From assembly GCA_040954595.2 (NCBI GenBank), contig CM082591.2, positions 9,813,309 to 9,877,308 of the forward strand: a stretch of DNA of 64,000 nt, written 5' to 3'. The number at the start of each line of letters is the position of its first letter. Position 1 is the stretch's first letter. Positions 54,401-64,000 of this stretch are shown piece by piece. The notes under the pieces are model-generated. The model worked only from the letters and a program-made list of their open reading frames with translations. It was not told the DNA's origin and did not search any database. The stretch comes from Balanoglossus misakiensis (taxonomy: Eukaryota; Animalia; Hemichordata). The position numbers and the translations under genes are program-made.

Positions 54401-57400
54401 CTACCGCCTAATCTATGGTTAGGGTTATTGCTATTATTTTATATCAGTAATCGACTTTGTGTATATCAATGTCATTTTCATAACGAAAATGAACTCGAGT
54501 CTAATGTAAACGTTACGAATTGATCGAAAGGCGCTCTGATGAATGTTAACACGAGTGCGCAGTGACAAGACATGCATCGTGCGTGACAGTGACAACAGTT
54601 CCTATAGAGCAGTTAAAAAATAAACCGGCCGTCCGTAAATTTATCAGCTATATTTTTTTTTATTTAGTCACGTTTTCCCTGTTGCATGCTATTAGTTCAG
54701 GGGCCAGTTTTAGCAGTGCTCTATTGAGTACTTTCGTATCGATGGATTGATCTCTCGTCCAATCAGAATGGCGGATGGTAGCATGATCCGACATATTGCG
54801 TATTACAATAGGGCTTCCTCATACAGGTCAGAACGGAGAGGTCATTGCTTTTATTTTAGGACGTCTCAGCTCCTTTGTCTTTTCTGTTATAGTGTTAAAT
54901 AAATCAAACGGTTTTGTTTTGGCCGGTAAACACCGATGGATTAACTCTTAAGTCCATCGTGCATCCAAACGCAGTCGAGTCGGTTTGGTCATTGTTTATG
55001 CGACAGTAAATGCAAAATGTGACAGAAGCATCATATTAAATGAGATAGAATACACAAACAAACAAACATACGAATAAACAAACAGGCAAACAAACAAACA
55101 AACAACCATTAGGGATTGTTCAGAATTTACTTCCAAGTTGGGGATGGAGGATTTTTTATTTTCCTGGTGATTTTTTTCCATGGTCTCCCCTAGTAAATTG
55201 TGGAGGAAATATGTGGTCCCTCCTTAAATTTCCTGGGGATTTTCATGGTCCCCCTATTGTGACTTTTATGTCTAGTCTCCCCTAATTTGTCTTGAAGAAA
55301 ATGGGTGGTCCCCCCCCCCCCTCTGAAAATTCTCCGCCCCCTGGAAGTAAATTCTGAACAGTCCCTTATTAAAGCCAACAGCTAGCACCCTGGCTTCTCT
55401 GCCAGAGGAGCGATAACATCGACAAAATGCAGATACACAAGAAATGAGCACTTTATTCCACAAGTGAAGTAGTCTGTTCCCTGCCCCATTCCCACCGCTG
55501 GCTGCGCCCTTTAGCGTAGCGCCGATGGCAGTGGGAATGGGGCAGGGGACCAGACTACAAGTGAAGAACCCCAGTAACAGACGTAGCGAACAAACAAACT
55601 ACATGTACTAACAACAAAGCAAGAAAAGTGTCAAGCGTCGTCAAAGAAAACGAAAAAGTTCTAGCATGGTTGGTAAAAGTTATTGGTAGAAAACGAATAG
55701 GGCCTTCTACAAATGACGTCTCAGACCCGCAAACGCCACCAGAACACAAAACACATGCACAGAACAGTTTAAGCCGGTTGTTGTATGGAGCAGCAATAAT
55801 CTGCGGTTGGGCCGTCGTAGATTTTCGCTGGTGGTGAAAATAAATAAAACACGATCGAAGTTCGATTTATTCCAGATCACATGCGTTTACGGCCAGGAGA
55901 GAGCATAAAAGTCTTCAAATGACCATGTGGTGGCGCACTTTTTCCGATTGGCTGTATTTCAATTTGTTCGTGGTAAATTAATTTTGTGGAGGTGACCGGC
56001 ACTGAAGCTCTTAGCTAGGATGAGGTGGGATGGAAAAATGCCCCATTTTAGCTGTTTTAAAATATACGACTATTTATAGACAAAAGGAAAATAAAACAAG
56101 CGCAAAAACATACCAAACCTAGTTTTATTAATTAAAAACAAAATTGCTGAGTAAAGGTTTTCATGTGGGCATTCACTTTGAACTTGCTAAATTAATTTAA
56201 AGAGACAAAGTCGCTCTCTCTTTGTCCTTTTGCGATGATAGAATGCTTGCTTGAAGTCTCTCGTGCAATAAATGATGTCGATTCATACATGTATGGATGG
56301 TGTATAGGTGGTCGGAATTTACATGTCTTCGCCACGACCAAACCAACAACACGTAAAATCAAAGTTTGGGTCATAAAATCGAGTTTGGTTACAGTCTAGA
56401 ATTTCATGCCACCCCTTATGGTCATATTATTCTTGGTAGGCAAAAGTGACAAGTAGTCAAGTTTCAACACAGGCAACATTTTTTACAAACAAACCACAAA
56501 GAAGACATCAAAAGGGAGAGAATTATAGAATGGTCAATGTGTGAAAAGTTAAGATACGTAAAGTGGCCGGGTTCAACATTAACTCATCGACTTCATATCG
56601 TCTTCATGCCATGGTTTTTGCCTGCCCTGAAAGTTCTTGTCGTTGCAGAAGTGGTTTTGACAGAAAGAATTTAGTCTTCCGGGATGTTTGTGATTATTTG
56701 AACACCAGACAATACAATGCAACCTTGACTTCCAAAATACTTACCGGCATTGCATTATCTTACCATGGTTAGGCCTACAGTGAACACATTTTCAACAATA
56801 TTTTCTGAGATACCGCTGATATTTGTTTTGTAGTATGGATATTAAATTATACATCCCGATACAAAACAGAATGTTATAGAATCCTTCCTGAGTGATATTG
56901 AAAAAATTACCGGAATGCTACCGCCTAATCTATGGTTAGGGTTATTGCTATTATTTTATATCAGTAATCGACTTTGTGTATATCAATGTCATTTTCATAA
57001 CGAAAATGAACTCGAGTCTAATGTAAACGTTACGAATTGATCGAAAGGCGCTCTGATGAATGTTAACACGAGTGCGCAGTGACAAGACATGCATCGTGCA
57101 TGACAGTGACAACAGTTCCTATAGAGCAGTTTAAAAATAAACCGGCCGTCCGTAAATTTATCAGCTATATTTTTTTTATTTAGTCACGTTTTCCCTGTTG
57201 CATGCTATTAGTTCAGGGGCCAGTTTTAGCAGTGCTCTATTGAGTACTTTCGTATCGATGGATTGATCTCTCGTCCAATCAGAATGGCGGATGGTAGCAT
57301 GATCCGACATATTGCGTATTACAATAGGGCTTCCTCTTACAGGTCAGAACGGAGAGGTCTTTCATTTTATTTTAGGACGTCTCAGCTCCTTTGTATTTTC

Positions 57401-60400
57401 TGTTATAGTGTTAAAGAAATCAAACGGTTTTGTTTTGGCCGGTAAACACCGATGGATTAACTCTTAAGTCCATCGTGCATCCAAACGCAGTCGAGTCGGT
57501 TTGGTCATTGTTTATACGACAGTAAATGCCAAATGTGACAGAAGCATCATATTAAATGAGATAGAATACACAAACAAACAAACATACGAATAAACAAACA
57601 GGCAAACAAACAAACAAACAACCATTAGGGACTGTTCAGAATTTACTTCCAAGTTGGGGATGGAGGATTTTTTATTTTCCTGGTGATTTTTTTCCATGGT
57701 CTCCCCTAGTAAATTGTGGAGGAAATATGTGGTCCCTCCTTAAATTTCCTGGGGATTTTCCATGGTCCCCCTATTGTGACTTTTATGTCTAGTCTCCCCT
57801 AATTTGTCTTGGAGAAAATGGGTGGTCCCCCCCCCCTCTGAAAATTCTCCGCCCCCTGGAAGTAAATTCTGAACAGTCCCTTATTAAAGCCAACAGCTAG
57901 CACCCTGGCTTCTCTGCCAGAGGAGCGATAACATCGACAAAATGCAGATACACAAGAAATGAGCACTTTATTCCACAAGTGAAGTAGTCTGTTCCCTGCC
58001 CCATTCCCACCGCTGGCTGCGCCCTTTAGCGTAGCGCCGATGGCAGTGGGAATGGGGCAGGGGACCAGACTACAAGTGAAGAACCCCAGTAACAGACGTA
58101 GCGAACAAACAAACTACATGTACTAACAACAAAGCAAGAAAAGTGTCAAGCGTCGTCAAAGAAAACGAAAAAGTTCTAGCATGGTTGGTAAAAGTTATTG
58201 GTAGAAAACGAATAGGGCCTTCTACAAATGACGTCTCAGACCCGCAAACGCCACCAGAACACAAAACACATGCACAGAACAGTTTAAGCCGGTTGTTGTA
58301 TGGAGCAGCAATAATCTGCGGTTGGGCCGTCGTAGATTTTCGCTGGTGGTGAAAATAAATAAAACACGATCGAAGTTCGATTTATTCCAGATCACATGCG
58401 TTTACGGCCAGGAGAGAGCACAAAAGTCTTCAAATGACCATGTGGTGGCGCACTTTTTCCGATTGGCTGTATTTCAATTTGTTCGTGGTAAATTAATTTT
58501 GTGGAGGTGACCGGCACTGAAGCTCTTAGCTAGGATGAGGTGGGATGGAAAAATGCCCCATTTTAGCTGTTTTAAAATATACGACTATTTATAGACAAAA
58601 GGAAAATAAAACAAGCGCAAAAACATACCAAACCTAGTTTTATTAATTAAAAACAAAATTGCTGAGTAAAGGTTTTCATGTGGGCATTCACTTTGAACTT
58701 GCTAAATTAATTTAAAGAGACAAAGTCGCTCTCTCTTTGTCCTTTTGCGATGATAGAATGCTTGCTTGAAGTCTCTCGTGCAATAAATGATGTCGATTCA
58801 TACATGTATGGATGGTGTATAGGTGGTCGGAATTTACATGTCTTCGCCACGACCAAACCAACAACACGTAAAATCAAAGTTTGGGTCATAAAATCGAGTT
58901 TGGTTACAGTCTAGAATTTCATGCCACCCCTTATGGTCATATTATTCTTGGTAGGCAAAAGTGACAAGTAGTCAAGTTTCAACACAGGCAACATTTTTTA
59001 CAAACAAACCACAAAGAAGACATCAAAAGGGAGAGAATTATAGAATGGTCAATGTGTGAAAAGTTAAGATACGTAAAGTGGCCGGGTTCAACAGTAACTC
59101 ATCGACTTCATATCGTCTTCATGCCATGGTTTTTGCCTGCCCTGAAAGTTCTTGTCGTTGCAGAAGTGGTTTTGACAGAAAGAATTTAGTCTTCCGGGAT
59201 GTTTGTGATTATTTGAACACCAGACAATACAATGCAACCTTGACTTCCAAAATACTTACCGGCATTGCATTATCTTACCATGGTTAGGCCTACAGTGAAC
59301 ACATTTTCAACAATATTTTCTGAGATACCGCTGATATTTGTTTTGTAGTATGGATATTAAATTATACATCCCGATACAAAACAGAATGTTATAGAATCCT
59401 TCCTGAGTGATATTGAAAAAATTACCGGAATGGTACCGCCTAATCTATGGTTAGGGTTATTGCTATTATTTTATATCAGTAATCGACTTTGTGTATATCA
59501 ATGTCATTTTCATAACGAAAATGAACTCGAGTCTAATGTAAACGTTACGAATTGATCGAAAGGCGTTCTGATGAATGTTAACACGAGTGCGCAGTGACAA
59601 GACATGCATCGTGCATGACAGTGACAACAGTTCCTATAGAGCAGTTAAAAAATAAACCGGCCGTCCGTAAATTTATCAGCTATATTTTTTTTATTTAGTC
59701 ACGTTTTCCCTGTTGCATGCTATTAGTTCAGGGGCCAGTTTTAGCAGTGCTCTATTGAGTACTTTCGTATCGATGGATTGATCTCTCGTCCAATCAGAAT
59801 GGCGGATGGTAGCATGATCCGACATATTGCGTATTACAATAGGGCTTCCTCATACAGGTCAGAACGGAGAGGTCATTCCTTTTATTTTAGGACGTCTCAG
59901 CTCCTTTGTCTTTTCTGTAATAGTGTTAAAGAAATCAAACGGTTTTGTTTTGGCCGGTAAACACCGATGGATTAACTCTTAAGTCCATCGTGCATCCAAA
60001 CGCAGTCGAGTCGGTTTGGTCATTGTTTATACGACAGTAAATGCCAAATGTGACAGAAGCATCATATTAAATGAGATAGAATACACAAACAAACAAACAT
60101 ACGAATAAACAAACAGGCAAACAAACAAACAAACAACCATTAGGGACTATTCAGAATTTACTTCCAAGTTGGGGATGGAGGATTTTTTATTTTCCTGGTG
60201 ATTTTTTTCAATGGTCTCCCCTAGTAAATTGTGGAGGAAATATGTGGTCCCTCCTTAAATTTCCTGGGGATTTTCCATGGTCCCCCTATTGTGACTTTTA
60301 TGTCTAGTCTCCCCTAATTTGTCTTGGAGAAAATGGGTGGTCCCCCCCCCCCTCTGAAAATTCTCCGCCCCCTGGAAGTAAATTCTGAACAGTCCCTTAT

Positions 60401-63400
60401 TAAAGCCAACAGCTAGCACCCTGGCTTCTCTGCCAGAGGAGCGATAACATCGACAAAATGCAGATACACAAGAAATGAGCACTTTATTCCACAAGTGAAG
60501 TAGTCTGTTCCCTGCCCCATTCCCACCGCTGACTGCGCCCTTTAGCGTAGCGCTGATGGCAGTGGGAATGGGGCAGGGGACCAGACTACAAGTGAAGAAC
60601 CCCAGTAACAGACGTAGCGAACAAACAAACTACATGTACTAACAACAAAGCAAGAAAAGTGTCAAGCGTCGTCAAAGAAAACGAAAAAGTTCTAGCATGG
60701 TTGGTAAAAGTTATTGGTAGAAAACGAATAGGGCCTTCTACAAATGACGTCTCAGACCCGCAAACGCCACCAGAACACAAAACACATGCACAGAACAGTT
60801 TAAGCCGGTTGTTGTATGGAGCAGCAATAATCTGCGGTTGGGCCGTCGTAGATTTTCGCTGGTGGTGAAAATAAATAAAACACGATCGAAGTTCGATTTA
60901 TTCCAGATCACATGCGTTTACGGCCAGGAGAGAGCACAAAAGTCTTCAAATGACCATGTGGTGGCGCACTTTTTCCGATTGGCTGTATTTCAATTTGTTC
61001 GTGGTAAATTAATTTTGTGGAGGTGACCGGCACTGAAGCTCTTAGCTAGGATGAGGTGGGATGGAAAAATGCCCCATTTTAGCTGTTTTAAAATATACGA
61101 CTATTTATAGACAAAAGGAAAATAAAACAAGCGCAAAAACATACCAAACCTAGTTTTATTAATTAAAAACAAAATTGCTGAGTAAAGGTTTTCATGTGGG
61201 CATTCACTTTGAACTTGCTAAATTAATTTAAAGAGACAAAGTCGCTCTCTCTTTGTCCTTTTGCGATGATAGAATGCTTGCTTGAAGTCTCTCGTGCAAT
61301 AAATGATGTCGATTCATACATGTATGGATGGTGTATAGGTGGTCGGAATTTACATGTCTTCGCCACGACCAAACCAACAACACGTAAAATCAAAGTTTGG
61401 GTCATAAAATCGAGTTTGGTTACAGTCTAGAATTTCATGCCACCCCTTATGGTCATATTATTCTTGGTAGGCAAAAGTGACAAGTAGTCAAGTTTCAACA
61501 CAGGCAACATTTTTTACAAACAAACCACAAAGAAGACATCAAAAGGGAGAGAATTATAGAATGGTCAATGTGTGAAAAGTTAAGATACGTAAAGTGGCCG
61601 GGTTCAACAGTAACTCATCGACTTCATATCGTCTTCATGCCATGGTTTTTGCCTGCCCTGAAAGTTCTTGTCGTTGCAGAAGTGGTTTTGACAGAAAGAA
61701 TTTAGTCTTCCGGGATGTTTGTGATTATTTGAACACCAGACAATACAATGCAACCTTGACTTCCAAAATACTTACCGGCATTGCATTATCTTACCATGGT
61801 TAGGCCTACAGTGAACACATTTTCAACAATATTTTCTGAGATACCGCTGATATTTGTTTTGTAGTATGGATATTAAATTATACATCCCGATACAAAACAG
61901 AATGTTATAGAATCCTTCCTGAGTGATATTGAAAAAATTACCGGAATGGTACCGCCTAATCTATGGTTAGGGTTATTGCTATTATTTTATATCAGTAATC
62001 GACTTTGTGTATATCAATGTCATTTTCATAACGAAAATGAACTCGAGTCTAATGTAAACGTTACGAATTGATCGAAAGGCGTTCTGATGAATGTTAACAC
62101 GAGTGCGCAGTGACAAGACATGCATCGTGCATGACAGTGACAACAGTTCCTATAGAGCAGTTAAAAAATAAACCGGCCGTCCGTAAATTTATCAGCTATA
62201 TTTTTTTTTATTTAGTCACGTTTTCCCTGTTGCATGCTATTAGTTCAGGGACCAGTTTTAGCAGTGCTCTATTGAGTACTTTCGTATCGATGGATTGATC
62301 TCTCGTCCAATCAGAATGGCGGATGGTAGCATGATCCGACATATTGCGTATTACAATAGGGCTTCCTCATACAGGTCAGAACGGAGAGGTCTTTCATTTT
62401 ATTTTAGGACGTCTCAGCTCCTTTGTATTTTCTGTTATAGTGTTAAAGAAATCAAACGGTTTTGTTTTGGCCGGTAAACACCGATGGATTAACTCTTAAG
62501 TCCATCGTGCATCCAAACGCAGTCGAGTCGGTTTGGTCATTGTTTATGCGACAGTAAATGCCAAATGTGACAGAAGCATCATATTAAATGAGATAGAATA
62601 CACAAACAAACAAACATACGAATAAACAAACAGGCAAACAAACAAACAGACAACCATTAGGGACTGTTCAGAATTTACTTCCAAGTTGGGGATGGAGGAT
62701 TTTTTATTTTCCTGGTGATTTTTTTCCATGGTCTCCCCTAGTAAATTGTGGAGGAAATATGTGGTCCCTCCTTAAATTTCCTGGGGATTTTCCATGGTCC
62801 CCCTATTGTGACTTTTATGTCTAGTCTCCCCTAAATTGTCCCTTATTAAAGCCAACAGCTAGCACCCTTGCTTCTCTGCCAGAGGAGCGATAACATCGAC
62901 AAAATGCAGATACACAAGAAATGAGCACTTTATTCCACAAGTGAAGTAGTCTGTTCCCTGCCCCATTCCCACCGCTGGCTGCGCCCTTTAGCGTAGCGCC
63001 GATGGCAGTGGGAATGGGGCAGGGGACCAGACTACAAGTGAAGAACCCCAGTAACAGACGTAACGAACAAACAAACTACATGTACTAACAGCAAAGCAAG
63101 AAAAGTGTCAAGCGTCGTCAAAGAAAACGAAAAAGTTCTAGCATGGTTGGTAAAAGTTTATTGGTAGAAAACGAATAGGGCCTTCTACAAATGACGTCTC
63201 AGACCCGCAAACGCCACCAGAACACAAAACACATGCACAGAACAGTTTAAGCCGGTTGTTGTATGGAGCAGCAATAATCTGCGGTTGGGCCGTCGTAGAT
63301 TTTCGCTGGTGGTGAAAATAAATAAAACACGATCGAAGTTCGATTTATTCCAGATCACATGCGTTTACGGCCAGGAGAGAGCATAAAAGTCTTCAAATGA

Positions 63401-64000
63401 CCATGTGGTGGCGCACTTTTTCCGATTGGCTGTATTTCAATTTGTTCGTGGTAAATTAATTTTGTGGAGGTGACCGGCACTGAAGCTCTTAGCTAGGATG
63501 AGGTGGGATGGAAAAATGCCCCATTTTAGCTGTTTTAAAATATACGACTATTTATAGACAAAAGGAAAATAAAACAAGCGCAAAAACATACCAAACCTAG
63601 TTTTATTAATTAAAAACAAAATTGCTGAGTAAAGGTTTTCATGTGGGCATTCACTTTGAACTTGCTAAATTAATTTAAAGAGACAAAGTCGCTCTCTCTT
63701 TGTCCTTTTGCGATGATAGAATGCTTGCTTGAAGTCTCTCGTGCAATAAATGATGTCGATTCATACATGTATGGATGGTGTATAGGTGGTCGAAATTTAC
63801 ATGTCTTTGCCACGACCAAACCAACAACACGTAAAATCAAAGTTTGGGTCATGAAATCGAGTTTTGTTACAGTCTGGAATTTCATGCCACCCCTTATGGT
63901 CATATTATTCTTGGTAGGCAAAAGTGACAAGTAGTCAAGTTTCAACACAGGCAACATTTTTTACAAACAAACCACAAAGAAGACATCAAAAGGGAGAGAA

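Larger units (their letters stand above)
13283..64000. repeat. Tandem macrosatellite, ~2.51-kb unit, 20 full copies plus a partial copy (continues beyond the window)
   Basis: The unit start ttggctgtatttcaatttg recurs at about 13283, 15796, 18309, 20821, 23334, 25851, 28366, 30835, 33343, 35865, 38363, 40877, 43366, 45883, 48400, 50916, 53431, 55948, 58463, 60979 and 63426. The ORF track repeats with the same period. Confidence 0.99.

Noticed and set aside
13527-63957. Recurrent 60-95 aa ORFs in the 2.5-kb unit (MAGFN..., MSSVV..., MCSGG..., MTQTL..., MISRP...)
   Set aside because: They recur only because the DNA is repeated. Many start at GTG/TTG, none resembles a known protein, and they are freely broken in some copies (e.g. 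TGA at ~24024, frameshifts, deletions).

Overview
This is AT-rich, non-coding eukaryotic DNA; the repeat families suggest a marine invertebrate, but that is inference. No credible protein-coding gene, rRNA, tRNA, canonical snRNA or CRISPR array was found. The window has four zones. (1) 1-6520 is a patchwork of degenerate, nested Helentron/DINE-1-like (HINE-type) non-autonomous elements, interrupted by a TA-flanked MITE and the 3' end of an L2/CR1-group LINE. (2) 6520-9230 is a strand-skewed segment with several short tandem repeats (50, ~60, 93 and 51 bp). (3) 9232-13281 is an 82/86-bp satellite of about 48 monomers containing a ~1.6-1.7 kb higher-order duplication. (4) 13283-64000 is a head-to-tail macrosatellite of ~2.51-kb units (20 complete copies plus a partial one running off the window), near-identical by eye. 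Every unit carries a 250-bp PIF/Harbinger-type MITE (TTA TSD) and an 88-bp hairpin MITE with TAG..CTA ends and a 9-bp TSD (AcademH-like), plus several hairpins. It also carries a speculative splice-donor + Sm-site motif resembling a small SL/sn RNA. Nearly all ORFs in the supplied track are spurious repeats of this unit.
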